From assembly GCA_963813815.1 (NCBI GenBank), contig CAWFAD010000007.1:224001-288000 (forward strand): DNA of 64,000 nt, written 5' to 3'. How positions within the stretch are numbered: position 1 is the first letter of the stretch; every line of letters begins with the position of its first letter. The notes under the pieces are model-generated. The model saw only the letters and a program-made list of their open reading frames with translations, ran no database searches and had not been told where the DNA came from. Of this stretch, positions 54,389 through 64,000 are shown piece after piece. The translations under genes and the position numbers were made by a program. This stretch comes from an uncultured bacterium. Its GTDB lineage: Bacteria > Krumholzibacteriota > Krumholzibacteriia > Krumholzibacteriales > Krumholzibacteriaceae.

Positions 54389-55732
54389 CTACTCGGCCGT
54401 CCCCTCGATGTTTCCATTCCAGAGGTACTTCTTCGTCTCCGCGGCGACGACGCCGGAGAGGACGATGAGGGAAATGAGATTGGGAATCGCCATGAGGGCG
54501 TTCGTGATGTCGGCGAACGACCAGACGAGGCGGATCGTCGCGAGCGATCCGAACATGACGCACACGACCCAGAGCCACCGGTAGAACCGCACGTACCGTA
54601 TGCCGAAGAGGTACTCCGTGGCCTTTTCGCCGTAGTACGACCATCCGAGGATCGTCGAGAAAACGAAGGTGAGAAGACCGAAGGTCAGCACGAGGGGCCC
54701 GAGCACCGGTATCTGGGAGAAGGCCGCCTTCGAGAGGGCGGCGCCGTGCGCGCCGTCGACCCATCTCCCCGAGTTCACCAGCACGAGCCCCGTCATGGCG
54801 CACACGACGACGGTGTCCCAGAACGTTCCGGTGGAGGAGACGAGCGCCTGGCGCACGGGATTTTTCGTCTGCGCCGCCGCCGCGACGATCGGCGCGCTCC
54901 CGAGACCCGATTCGTTCGAAAAGAGCCCGCGGGCGATGCCGTAACGGATCGTTTCCCTCACGCCCGCGCCGAGGAATCCCCCGACGGCCGCTTGCCCGGA
55001 GAAGGCGCCGTCGAAGATGAGACGAAGCGTCTCCGGCATCTCGCGGGCGTTCATGGCGAGGATCGCGGCGCAGCCGCCGACGTAGATGATCGCCATGAGC
55101 GGCACGAGCCGCTCGCACCAGGCGGCGATCGACTTGATGCCTCCGAGGATGACGATCGCGGTGAGCGTCATGATCGCGAGCCCCGTGACCCACTGCGGCA
55201 CGTTGAAGGTCTCCTTCGCCATCGTCGCGATCGCGTTCGCCTGAACCATGTTGCCGATGACGATGGCGGTGATGCACATGAGAAAGGCGAAGACGACCCC
55301 GAGCCAGCGCTGCTTCATGCCGCGCTCGAGCACGTACATCGGTCCCCCCGCCATGAACCCTTCTTTGTTGACGACGCGGTATTTGATCGAGAGCACCGCC
55401 TCGGCGTACTTCGTGGCGATGCCGAAGACCCCCGTGATCCAGATCCAGAACACGGCCCCCGGGCCTCCCGCCGCGATCGCCGTGCCGACGCCGACGATGT
55501 TGCCCGTGCCGATGGTCGAGGCGAGCGCCGTCGTCAGGGCTCCGAACTGGCTGATATCTCCGGTGCCCTCGCGCGAGCGGTGGAAGGAGAGCTTGATCGC
55601 CGTGCCGATGTAACGCTGGATGCACCGGAGCCTGATGGTGAGAAAGACGTGCGTTCCGAGGAGCAGGACGATCATGGGGGGGCCCCAGATCGCGTTGCCC
55701 CACGCCTCGAAGACCTTTTCGACCGTTTCCAT
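54389..55732 (-). CDS. Sodium:alanine/glycine symporter (AgcS/AlsT family)
   Basis: IGTGNI.GV, GGPGAVFW.W, GGPMY, RGLFSNESGLGS, MAIPNL. Confidence 0.95.
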   Translation of the reverse strand: METVEKVFEAWGNAIWGPPMIVLLLGTHVFLTIRLRCIQRYIGTAIKLSFHRSREGTGDISQFGALTTALASTIGTGNIVGVGTAIAAGGPGAVFWIWITGVFGIATKYAEAVLSIKYRVVNKEGFMAGGPMYVLERGMKQRWLGVVFAFLMCITAIVIGNMVQANAIATMAKETFNVPQWVTGLAIMTLTAIVILGGIKSIAAWCERLVPLMAIIYVGGCAAILAMNAREMPETLRLIFDGAFSGQAAVGGFLGAGVRETIRYGIARGLFSNESGLGSAPIVAAAAQTKNPVRQALVSSTGTFWDTVVVCAMTGLVLVNSGRWVDGAHGAALSKAAFSQIPVLGPLVLTFGLLTFVFSTILGWSYYGEKATEYLFGIRYVRFYRWLWVVCVMFGSLATIRLVWSFADITNALMAIPNLISLIVLSGVVAAETKKYLWNGNIEGTAE

Positions 55733-55905
55733 CGTTCCCTTCCGCCGCAAATAGGGGCATTCTAGCACAGGAGCGCGTCGTGTCAATCGTTTGCGCACCG
55801 GCGCGGGCGCGCGGCGAAACGGGCGGATTTTTCTTGCCCGTCGGCCTCGATCGTGGTTTATATAGGGGCCAGAAGATCCGGCGGAAGCCGGGGGAAGGCA
55901 TGCGG

Positions 55906-57156
55906 ATGGCGAACGCGTACGACGTTCTCAAGGAACGGGGGCTCATCGAGCAGGTCAGCGACGAGGCGAAGGTCCGCGCGATGCTCGAGCGGCCGACGAC
56001 CTGCTACGTCGGGTTCGATCCGACCGCCTCGAGCTTCCACGCGGGCAGCCTCGTGCCGATCATGGCGCTCGCGAATCTGCAGCGCTGCGGCCACCGCGTC
56101 GTCGCCGTCGTCGGCGGCGGAACGGCCATGATCGGCGATCCGAGCGACAAGTCCGAGATGCGGCGGATCATGCCCGTGGAGGAGATCGACGCGAACGCGG
56201 ATGGTCTCCGGGCGCAGCTCGCCCATTTCATCGATTTTTCCGGGGGCAGGGCGCTCATGGTCAACAACGCCGAGTGGCTGCGCCCGCTCAACTATCTGGA
56301 GTTCCTGCGCGACGTCGGCCGCCATTTCAGCGTGAACCGCATGCTCGCAGCCGAATCGTACCGCATGCGGCTCGAGACGGGGCTCAATTTCATCGAGTTC
56401 AACTACATGCTGCTCCAGGCGTACGACTATCTCGTGCTCTACCGGCGATTCGGGTGCACGCTCCAGATGGGCGGCAACGACCAGTGGGGCAACATTCTCG
56501 CGGGGGCGGATCTCATCCGGCGCGTCGACGGCGGCGAGGCGGAGGCGCTCACCTTCCCGCTCCTCGTGACGGCGACCGGCGCCAAGATGGGAAAGACGGA
56601 GAAAGGCGCGCTCTGGCTCGACGCCTCGCGCACGTCCCCCTATGAGTACTATCAGTACTGGATCAACGCGGACGATCGCGACGTCGGCCGGTTTCTCTCG
56701 TTCTTCACGTTTCTGCCCTCTGACGAGGTGCGACGGCTCGCCGCTCTCGGCGGGGAACGGCTCCGCGAGGCGAAGGAGACGCTCGCCTTCGAGACGACGA
56801 AGCTCCTCCACGGCGAGGCCGAGGCCGAGAGGGCGCGGGACGCCGCGCGATCCCTCTTCGGCGGCGCGCGGGCGAGTTCTTCGCGAAGCGCGCGAACGGA
56901 AGGTGCCGCCCCGACGGTCGAGATCCCGCGAAGCCGCTTCGCGGAAGGGATACCGGCCTTTGTTCTGTTCGCCGAGGCGGGGCTCGCGAAGACGCGCGGC
57001 GAGGCGCGGCGTCTCATCGCGCAGGGAGGCGCCTACATCGAAGACCGGCGGGTCGACGCGGTGGATACCCCCGTCGGCCTCGACGAAGCGAAGGACGACG
57101 CCCTGCTCCTGCGCGCCGGCAAGAAGAAGTATGTACTCGTGAAGCTCATCGATTGA
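55906..57156 (+). CDS. tyrS: Tyrosine-tRNA ligase
   Basis: YVGFDPTA..HAGS, GGTAMIGDPS, YMLLQAYD, GGNDQWGNI, KMGKT, C-terminal S4 domain. Confidence 0.96.
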   Translation: MANAYDVLKERGLIEQVSDEAKVRAMLERPTTCYVGFDPTASSFHAGSLVPIMALANLQRCGHRVVAVVGGGTAMIGDPSDKSEMRRIMPVEEIDANADGLRAQLAHFIDFSGGRALMVNNAEWLRPLNYLEFLRDVGRHFSVNRMLAAESYRMRLETGLNFIEFNYMLLQAYDYLVLYRRFGCTLQMGGNDQWGNILAGADLIRRVDGGEAEALTFPLLVTATGAKMGKTEKGALWLDASRTSPYEYYQYWINADDRDVGRFLSFFTFLPSDEVRRLAALGGERLREAKETLAFETTKLLHGEAEAERARDAARSLFGGARASSSRSARTEGAAPTVEIPRSRFAEGIPAFVLFAEAGLAKTRGEARRLIAQGGAYIEDRRVDAVDTPVGLDEAKDDALLLRAGKKKYVLVKLID

Positions 57157-57190
57157 GGGGCCCGTCCCGGCGCTCCGCGCGCGGACCGGC

Positions 57191-58357
57191 CTATCCCCCG
57201 AGAATCTCCATATAAAGCGAGGCGAGATCGTCCGCGTATCTCCGCGCGTCGAAGAGCCGCTCGGCCCGCAGCCTTCCCGCCTCGCCGAACCGCTCGCGGA
57301 GCGCCGAGTCGGCGCCGAGGGACAGGAGCGCGGAGGCGAGGCTCTCGCTCCGGCCGTGCTCGAAGACGAATCCGTTCACGCCGTGCTCGACGATCTCCGG
57401 ATTGCCGCCGACGTCGGAGACGACCGCGGGGATTCCGAGAGCGAGCGCCTCGAGCGCCGTGTTGGAGAGAGGCTCGGGCTCGATCGACGAGTTCACGACG
57501 ACGTCGCATCGCGACATGATCTCCGCGGCGTCCTTTCGGAATCCGGGCAGGGAGATCCGGTCCCCGAAGACCGGGTCGGACGCGACCATGCGCCGGACCA
57601 GCTCCTCCTCGGGGCCCGCGCCCGCCATGACGAAACGAAAGCGGGGATCGGCGGCGAGCACGGCTCGGGCGGCCTCCACGAACGTGAGGCATCCCTTCCA
57701 TCGCTCGAAGCGCGCGAACCATCCGACGAGCGTTCCCTCGGATATCGCCCGCGGGCGCGGGCGGTACGCGTCGAGGTCGATCCCGTCGTGGATCGTACGG
57801 ACCTTGTCCGGGGGGAGCCCCTCGGAGAGGCAGCGTGAGCGCACCGCGTCCGAGACGCAGACGAACCGCTCGACGCGGCGCGCGAGGAACCGGTGAAGGG
57901 GCGTGAGCCGGAAGAAGCCGCGCTGGTGGCTCACCGCGGGAACGCCGCACCGGCGCGCCGCGACGAGCGCGCCGATGTTGAACGGCACGGCGTTGTTCGC
58001 GTGAACGAGCGAGAACCCGCGGTTTCTGATCCATCGCGAGAGGAGAGAGGCGTCCGCCCGCTGCTCCGTCGCGTAGATCTTCGCGCTTCTCAGGAGCCGG
58101 TAGGGGGCCGTGAGCTTGATCCGAGGGATGCGGGCCGGAAGCGGCGGCGGGGGAGAGGGAGACCCTGACGCGCCGATCGCCGCCCAGGTCGCCGTTTCGA
58201 CGCCGAGCGCCGCGAACGCGTCCCGCGCCGGGACGTCGTAGCGGAACAGCACGAACGGTTCGATCCGCGAGCGGTCGAGCCGCTTCAGGGCGTGCAGCAG
58301 CGTGTGCGTCGAGCCTCCGACGACCGGCCCTTCCTCCACGTACAGAATTCTGTGCAA
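57191..58357 (-). CDS. Glycosyltransferase family 4
   Basis: GGS, VHAN, CVSDAV, IHDGID, KG, EPLSNTALEA (Ex7E), SDVGGNPE. Confidence 0.9.
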   Translation of the reverse strand: MHRILYVEEGPVVGGSTHTLLHALKRLDRSRIEPFVLFRYDVPARDAFAALGVETATWAAIGASGSPSPPPPLPARIPRIKLTAPYRLLRSAKIYATEQRADASLLSRWIRNRGFSLVHANNAVPFNIGALVAARRCGVPAVSHQRGFFRLTPLHRFLARRVERFVCVSDAVRSRCLSEGLPPDKVRTIHDGIDLDAYRPRPRAISEGTLVGWFARFERWKGCLTFVEAARAVLAADPRFRFVMAGAGPEEELVRRMVASDPVFGDRISLPGFRKDAAEIMSRCDVVVNSSIEPEPLSNTALEALALGIPAVVSDVGGNPEIVEHGVNGFVFEHGRSESLASALLSLGADSALRERFGEAGRLRAERLFDARRYADDLASLYMEILGG

Positions 58358-58544
58358 CTCGATATTCTCCCCCCGCGGGTTCTTCTACCTGCTCTGCCGT
58401 TCCGATGCGCCGCCGTGGAGTATAGACGAACGGCGCGGACGGGTCAACCGGCGGCTCGGCGAGGCGATTTTCCTTGTCTTGGGAGCGCGCCGCCGATACA
58501 CTCGGCCGCGTCGCGTTCCCGGCAGCGCCGGGGAGGAGTGGTGT

Positions 58545-59723
58545 ATGTTCTTTCGTTTTCTCGGTGCGCTCGTCGGGCGGCGCCGGTTCATCGGCTGGGT
58601 CACGCTCGTTTTCTTCCTGGCGGGGCTCGCCTACGCGCTCGTGCGCGGCAACGTGTACGAATCGAGCGCGCTCCTTTTCCCTCCCGTGGAAGAGGGGGGG
58701 CAGGGAATTCTCACGGCGTGGATGGCGAAGCTCAACCTCCCCTCGATCATGATGCCCACGAGCGCGGGGGCGACCTCCGCCGCGATTCTCGGAGACATAC
58801 TCGAGAGCAGACGCCTCTGCGGCATGGTCATCGACACCCTCGCGCTGCGGGAGCACTACCGGACGGATAATTTCGACGACGCTCTCCGCAGGCTTCGCGC
58901 GAACACGAAAACGGCCGTCACCGAGACGGGGCTCATTCGCCTCTCCGTCCGCGACCGCGATCCGGAGTACGCCCGAAGGATCGGCGAAACATACATCGCC
59001 GCGCTCGACTCGCTCAATCGTTCCCTTCAGCACGCGCGCGCGGACGAGACGAGGCGATTCGTAGCGAAACAGATGGAGCTCTACGACGAGCGCCTCCGGG
59101 CCATCCGCGCGGGTATCACGGAGTTTCAGGAAAAAAACAACATCGTCGATTTCGACGAGCAGGTGCGCGGCGCGATGGACGTGGCGACCGATCTCAAGGT
59201 CCGCTCGATCCTCGCCGGGATCGAGCGGGATCTCATGAGCGAGTTCACGCAGCGCGACGCGACGGAGCTGCGCCGCAAAACCTCCGAGCACGACAATCTC
59301 GTCCGGCAGCTCGGAGCGATCATGAACGGCGACAGCGCGGGGGTCGTCTTCGTGCCGCTTCGCCGTCTTCCCGCCCTCTCCCAGCGGTACGCCGAGCTGC
59401 GGCGCGATCTCGAGGTCAACGAGCGAGTATACTCCTACCTGCTCGAGCGGTACGAGGAGGCGGGCCTCGAAAAGGCCCGGTCGACCCCGGTCGTGCAGGT
59501 CGTCGACGCGCCGGCGCTGCCGGAAAAGCCCTCGGGCATACCGCTCGCTCTTCTCGTCGCGATCGCGACGGTCGTGGGACTCGTGTGGAGCGCGGCTCTG
59601 GCGGTCTGGTGGGAATGGGTCGTGCGTCATGCGAAATCCTCCGGCGAGGAACGCGCTTTCGCCGATCTGCGGGCGACCGCCGATAGGGACGTCGCCCGAA
59701 TTCGCCGCGCCCTTCGACTCTGA
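58545..59723 (+). CDS. Wzz/GumC-type polysaccharide co-polymerase (chain-length determinant)
   Basis: N-terminal TM with YESSALLFP, periplasmic coiled coil, VQVVDAPALPEKPS followed by a second TM. Confidence 0.85.
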   Translation: MFFRFLGALVGRRRFIGWVTLVFFLAGLAYALVRGNVYESSALLFPPVEEGGQGILTAWMAKLNLPSIMMPTSAGATSAAILGDILESRRLCGMVIDTLALREHYRTDNFDDALRRLRANTKTAVTETGLIRLSVRDRDPEYARRIGETYIAALDSLNRSLQHARADETRRFVAKQMELYDERLRAIRAGITEFQEKNNIVDFDEQVRGAMDVATDLKVRSILAGIERDLMSEFTQRDATELRRKTSEHDNLVRQLGAIMNGDSAGVVFVPLRRLPALSQRYAELRRDLEVNERVYSYLLERYEEAGLEKARSTPVVQVVDAPALPEKPSGIPLALLVAIATVVGLVWSAALAVWWEWVVRHAKSSGEERAFADLRATADRDVARIRRALRL

Positions 59724-59834
59724 GTTTTCCCCCCGCGTTCGATTTCCCGTCTCTCTTGCCCTTATGGAACACCGCTTGCTTGAACCTCGGCGGGAAGGAA
59801 TGCCCGGCGAGGGGGAGCCGCGGCGAAACTGTTT

Positions 59835-61250
59835 GTGATCCATCGAGTTGCGCGATTTCTCTGCGTCCCGGCGGCTCTGGCGCTCTCGGCGGCCGCCTGC
59901 TTTCTGGACGGATGCTCGGCGGTGCCGATCGACCCGTCCGCCGCGGAGCCGTTCATCATGTATCGGCTGACGCTCGCCGACCGCCGGCTCAAGGTCCTTC
60001 ACGTCGAGGCCTCCGTATACGGCCTCGGGAAAAAACGGCTCGTCCTGCGCGCTCCCGAGGACGAATCGGGGCCGTCTCTCGAGCCGATCAATCTCTCCGC
60101 GAGCGACGCGAGAGGAGCCGCGCTAAAAATCCGCGAGAGAGAGGCGGTCTGGAGCATCGAGGGCGCGGGGAGCGATCTCACCTTCGCGTACGACGTCGTG
60201 CTCACGATCGAGGATCCCTATTCGGACGACGTCCGGTCGATGCTGACTCTCGTGGCGGACGACCGCTGCCGGATTCTCGGACGCGACGTGTTTCTCGTGC
60301 CGGACGCCCCCTTCGCGAGCGGGGTTCTCGTCGACGCCGACCTGTTCGCCGGTCAGGGCCTTTCCTCATCCGCTCCGGCGGTCCGCGGGAGGATAATCGT
60401 CCCCGGGATCGAGGATCTTCCGCGAACGATGGTCGCTTCCGGCGCCTTCAGGCGCCTCGAGCGCCCGATGGGGGGGACGATTCTCTCGCTCGCCATAGCG
60501 GACACGTGGTCGTTCGGGGACGAGGAGTTCTTCGACGTTCTCTGCCGGCTCGTCGCCGAGGAGCTCGCGCTCCTCGGACCGCCGCCGGAGCCGCGATATC
60601 TGTTCGTATGCGATAAGAATCCCATTCAGGGAGGCGCCCGCTTCGACCACTACGGAGTCCATTACGGCGGAAGCATGCTTCTCCTACTCGATTCGCGAAT
60701 CGATCGCAGCGCGCTCCTCGACGCGCCCATGGCGGTCATCGCCCACGAGTTCCTCCACAACTGGAACGGCGAGTCTCTCGCCGGAGCGGACGAGTCGTTC
60801 CTCTGGTTCACGGAGGGAGCCACCGTGTACTGCTCCTACCACATCCTCGAACGGGCCGGCGTGCTTTCGCCGAAGCAGCTCGACGCCCACCGCGCTTCGG
60901 TGTGCTCCCGGTACCGGTCGAATCCGTACCGCGAGCGTGTCGCCATCGGAGAGGCCGGTAACGGCGACCTGGGGGACAAGGACATGGTGAACCTGCTCTA
61001 CGACGGCGGGTATCTCGCCGCGGAGGCGCTCGACGAGCGCATCCGGGTCGAAACGAACGGAGAGAGCGGGATCATCGACGTGATCAGGTACCTCCACGAG
61101 AGGTCGGGACGGTCGAACCTCGCCGGCGAGAGAGCGCTCCTCGCCGCCGTGACCGATCTCGGTGGCGCCGATCTCTCGCGCTTTCTCGAGGATCTCATCC
61201 ATACCCCTTCCCCGCTCGCCCTCGCCAACCGGCTCTCGACCCTTGAATAA
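59835..61250 (+). CDS. M61/M1-like zinc aminopeptidase-family exported protein
   Basis: AHEFLHNWNG...LWFTEGATVY; YDGG.L. Confidence 0.78.
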   Translation: MIHRVARFLCVPAALALSAAACFLDGCSAVPIDPSAAEPFIMYRLTLADRRLKVLHVEASVYGLGKKRLVLRAPEDESGPSLEPINLSASDARGAALKIREREAVWSIEGAGSDLTFAYDVVLTIEDPYSDDVRSMLTLVADDRCRILGRDVFLVPDAPFASGVLVDADLFAGQGLSSSAPAVRGRIIVPGIEDLPRTMVASGAFRRLERPMGGTILSLAIADTWSFGDEEFFDVLCRLVAEELALLGPPPEPRYLFVCDKNPIQGGARFDHYGVHYGGSMLLLLDSRIDRSALLDAPMAVIAHEFLHNWNGESLAGADESFLWFTEGATVYCSYHILERAGVLSPKQLDAHRASVCSRYRSNPYRERVAIGEAGNGDLGDKDMVNLLYDGGYLAAEALDERIRVETNGESGIIDVIRYLHERSGRSNLAGERALLAAVTDLGGADLSRFLEDLIHTPSPLALANRLSTLE

Positions 61251-61323
61251 GCCGCCGGGCGGTGGTACAGTCGCTCCGCCACGAACGGAGAATTTCGACG
61301 CGCCTGCAGGGAAAGGATTCGCG

Positions 61324-63333
61324 ATGCATGCACGCCGCCGTATGAATACGATCGCCGCCGCCGGACGCCTGCTTCTCGCCGGCCTCGCCGTCTCCCTCTC
61401 TTTTTCCGGACCGCGATCGGAGCCGCGCGAGGCGCCGCCCTGGAACCAAGCGGGCAGGCGCGTGGCCCTCGCCACGCTCGAGCGGGGGAGCGCGAGGCCG
61501 CTTCCGGGCAGGTACTCGTGGCTGTGCTCCTCGATGGATGTCCGCGCCCTCGCCATCGACGGCGACACGCTGTGGATCGGCACCGAGGGAGGGCTCTTCG
61601 CGATGAGCCTCGCTCTCGACGTCGTCGAGCCCGTCGCCGGCCCCGCATCCGCTTCCATCAGGGCCCTCGCGACCGGGCAGGGCGCGCTCTGGGTGGGTGG
61701 GGATCATTCCGTGAGCTCGCGAAGCGAAGGGCGCTGGCGGCACTACGCGCCGGATACGAACCCCCTGTTCCGGCAGGTCCGCTGTTTCGGCGCCGGCGAG
61801 GGACGGATTTGGATAGGGTCGTTCGGCGCGGGCATGGGGTATGTCGCTGGCGACGCCGCGACGTTCGTTTCGAGCGCCGAGGCCGGAGTCGACCGGCGCG
61901 TGCTCGCGATCGCCGAGCAATCGCCGGAGACGATCTATTTCGGCACCGCGAGCGGGCTCATGATCGCCGATACGAGCGGATGGAAATCGCTGCGATACGG
62001 GAGCAGGCTCCCCCTCGGTCCCGTGGAGAGCCTCGCTTTCGACGAGGAGGGCGATCTCTTTTGCTCGATTCCCGGAGAGGGCGTGGCGATCTACAGCTTC
62101 GGCCGCGTTCGCGCCTTCGGCCCGGGAACGGGGACGCCGGGGGCGAACGTGCGCGCCTTTTCTCTCGATCCCTCGACGCGGCGCATGTGGGCCGCGGGCG
62201 CCGATGGCGTGTTCGTCTACGACGGCACCGAGTGGGCGGAGCAGGAGCTTCGCGGTCTCGAAGGGCACAAGCGCCGTTTCCTCTCTATGAGACACGACGC
62301 GGAGGGAACGTGCTACCTCGGCACCGACACCGGCACCGTCGTCGTCGTCTCGCGGGGCGCCGCACGGGAGATCCGCGTTCCGCAGGCGTTTTCCGAGCGG
62401 CGGACGGCGCGCCTTCGATCGGCGGGCGGAGCGGTCTGGTGCATCGCCGGCGCGGGCGTTTTCGTGAACCGCGGTTCGTTCGCCCCGGCGGCGAGGCCGC
62501 CGGAGCTCTATGCGGAGGAGATGACCGACCTCCTGCCGCTCGATGCCGGCGATCTCTGGCTCGCCACCCGTTTCGGCATCCTGCGGGCGTCGGGCAAAAC
62601 GTGGGAAATCTTCGATCGCAGGAACGGTCTCGCGACCGAGCATTTCGTCCGGGCGGCGAGGGATCCGGGTGGAACGCTCTGGTTCGCGTCGGCGGACAAG
62701 GGAGTCGTTTCGTACCGCTCGGGCGCCTGGACCGCGTATACGCGCGAGAACGGTCTGCCGGCGAACGAGATTTCCGATCTCATCGTGGACGGTTTCGGAA
62801 CGCCGTGGATAGCGACGCGGAGCGGAGAAGTGGCCAGGTTCTCGGATGGAACGTGGGAGCGCGTGCCGCTCCGTATGCCCGCCGGCGCTTCCGCCGCTCC
62901 CGCGGCGGGCGCCGACTCGCTCGGGTACGATCCCGCGATTCGCTTCCTCCCCGACGTGGGCCGCGGCGCCGGGAACGCGCCGGCGCAAGGCGGGGACCGC
63001 CTCGGGCTCGATCGCGCCGGCTCCTGCCTCGTCGCGACGGGCGCCGGAGTGTTTCGCCTCGGCGCGGACGGCTTCGTGCTCACGGAGTTTCCCGGACCTC
63101 TCCGCGGCCTGCGCCCCACCGCGGTGCTCGGATCGTCGCGCGGGGAGCTCTGGGTCGGCACGGCGGGGGACGGAATCCTCGTCCATCGCGGGACGGAGTG
63201 GATCCGCCTCACGGCGGCGAACGGGCTATCGGACGACTACGTTCGATCGCTCTGCGAGGACTCGGGAGGCGTTCTCTGGATCGGCACGCAGGCGGGGGGG
63301 ATGACCCGTTACGCTCCCGCCGGCGGCAGATAA
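61324..63333 (+). CDS. Exported two-component-regulator propeller (Reg_prop) repeat protein
   Basis: Repeated LWIGT.GG and NGL..DYVRSLCEDSGG.LWIGT blades; no kinase module; start uncertain (61324 or 61342). Confidence 0.8.
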   Translation: MHARRRMNTIAAAGRLLLAGLAVSLSFSGPRSEPREAPPWNQAGRRVALATLERGSARPLPGRYSWLCSSMDVRALAIDGDTLWIGTEGGLFAMSLALDVVEPVAGPASASIRALATGQGALWVGGDHSVSSRSEGRWRHYAPDTNPLFRQVRCFGAGEGRIWIGSFGAGMGYVAGDAATFVSSAEAGVDRRVLAIAEQSPETIYFGTASGLMIADTSGWKSLRYGSRLPLGPVESLAFDEEGDLFCSIPGEGVAIYSFGRVRAFGPGTGTPGANVRAFSLDPSTRRMWAAGADGVFVYDGTEWAEQELRGLEGHKRRFLSMRHDAEGTCYLGTDTGTVVVVSRGAAREIRVPQAFSERRTARLRSAGGAVWCIAGAGVFVNRGSFAPAARPPELYAEEMTDLLPLDAGDLWLATRFGILRASGKTWEIFDRRNGLATEHFVRAARDPGGTLWFASADKGVVSYRSGAWTAYTRENGLPANEISDLIVDGFGTPWIATRSGEVARFSDGTWERVPLRMPAGASAAPAAGADSLGYDPAIRFLPDVGRGAGNAPAQGGDRLGLDRAGSCLVATGAGVFRLGADGFVLTEFPGPLRGLRPTAVLGSSRGELWVGTAGDGILVHRGTEWIRLTAANGLSDDYVRSLCEDSGGVLWIGTQAGGMTRYAPAGGR

Positions 63334-63369
63334 CGCCCCGATCGGCCCCGCATGAGGCGGGTTTCGCCC

Positions 63370-63398
63370 TTGACGAGGGTCAACCGCCTCATTATACT
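63370..63398 (+). promoter_or_regulatory. Sigma70 promoter upstream of the GT2 leader
   Basis: TTGACG 63370-63375, 17-nt spacer, TATACT 63393-63398. Confidence 0.75.
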
Positions 63399-63579
63399 GT
63401 AGGTAGAAGGAGTCCTATCGAACGATCGCTACCGGTTTCTCGTGAGTCGATGGAATCCCCGGAAGGGGGAGAGGTACCATGAGAAAGCGGTCGGCGGTTT
63501 TTTTTGCCCCCTCGGAAAAATTGCTTGCGCGGATTCCGGGCTGTGATAAGAATAGGTGCCTCTGCCCGGAGGAATCTGT

Positions 63580-64000
63580 ATGAACGAAGCGGCTGGGATT
63601 GTATTCTACGCAGTCCTCGGTCTCGCGGTCTACGCGTACGCGGGGTATCCGGCCCTCCTCTATCTCCTCGGCCTTTTCCGCGGGAGAAAGCCGGTCCGCG
63701 ACGACGCCTTCACGCCGCGAGTCGTTCTCCTCGTATCCGTTCACAACGAAGAGCGGGTCATCCGCGAGAAGATCGAGAACAGTCTCTCTCTCGATTATCC
63801 TTCCGAACGCCTCCGCATCGTCGTCGCGAGCGACGGCTCCGTGGATGCGACGAACGACATCGTCCGCGAGTACGAATCGCGCGGCGTCATCCTCAAGGAG
63901 TTCGATCGACGGGAGGGGAAGAGCGCGACCCTCAACAAAACGGTGCTCGGCCTCGAGGGGGACGTGCTCGTCTTTTCCGACGCCAACGCGTTCTATCGGG
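63580..64000 (+). CDS. Glycosyltransferase family 2, CESA-like (3' end runs off the window)
   Basis: Manual translation MNEAAGIVFY...YAYAGYP...VSVHNEERVIREKIEN.LSLDYP...ASDGSVD.T...GKS...VFSDAN; RBS GGAGGA. Confidence 0.9.
   Translation, partial: MNEAAGIVFYAVLGLAVYAYAGYPALLYLLGLFRGRKPVRDDAFTPRVVLLVSVHNEERVIREKIENSLSLDYPSERLRIVVASDGSVDATNDIVREYESRGVILKEFDRREGKSATLNKTVLGLEGDVLVFSDANAFYR

Noticed and set aside
63450..63475. GGAA-tetraloop hairpin as SRP RNA or a c-di-AMP/c-di-GMP riboswitch
   Set aside because: The flanking conserved elements (SRP CAGG/AGCA internal loop, riboswitch cores) are not recognisable.

Overview
Chromosomal window from a high-GC bacterium with a diderm envelope. The gene content (C25 gingipain-like protein with a FlgD/T9SS-type tail, many lipoproteins, OmpA, sigma54 systems) fits an FCB-associated candidate phylum such as Krumholzibacteriota/Latescibacterota; this is inference and needs 16S classification. 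The window holds about 45 protein genes and one complete rRNA operon (16S-tRNA-Ile-tRNA-Ala-23S-5S). Housekeeping and metabolic genes include clpB, acyl-CoA dehydrogenase-etfB-etfA-FadF/EMO-like, alr-deoB-deoC, PBP1A, fbp, tyrS and EPS glycosyltransferases. I saw no IS, integrase, prophage or CRISPR array. Best candidate for an undescribed system: a three-gene operon at 5981-8211 encoding a Soj/ParA ATPase fused to an AMPK-beta/CBM48 glycogen-binding domain, a MinD/FlhG-like protein with a degenerate P-loop, and a small unknown protein. It may position or partition glycogen granules. Other notable items: complete sigma54 architectures (enhancer sites, IHF site, -24/-12) upstream of clpB and of an unknown helical-repeat/lipoprotein/beta-barrel operon; a DUF2271-like protein with both CxxCH and a TGAT flavinylation-type motif; three promoter-proximal structured leaders or sRNA candidates; a pdp/deoA gene reduced to its two termini; and a frameshifted UshA-like CxC lipoprotein. 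All family calls come from motifs read by eye; no database searches were run.
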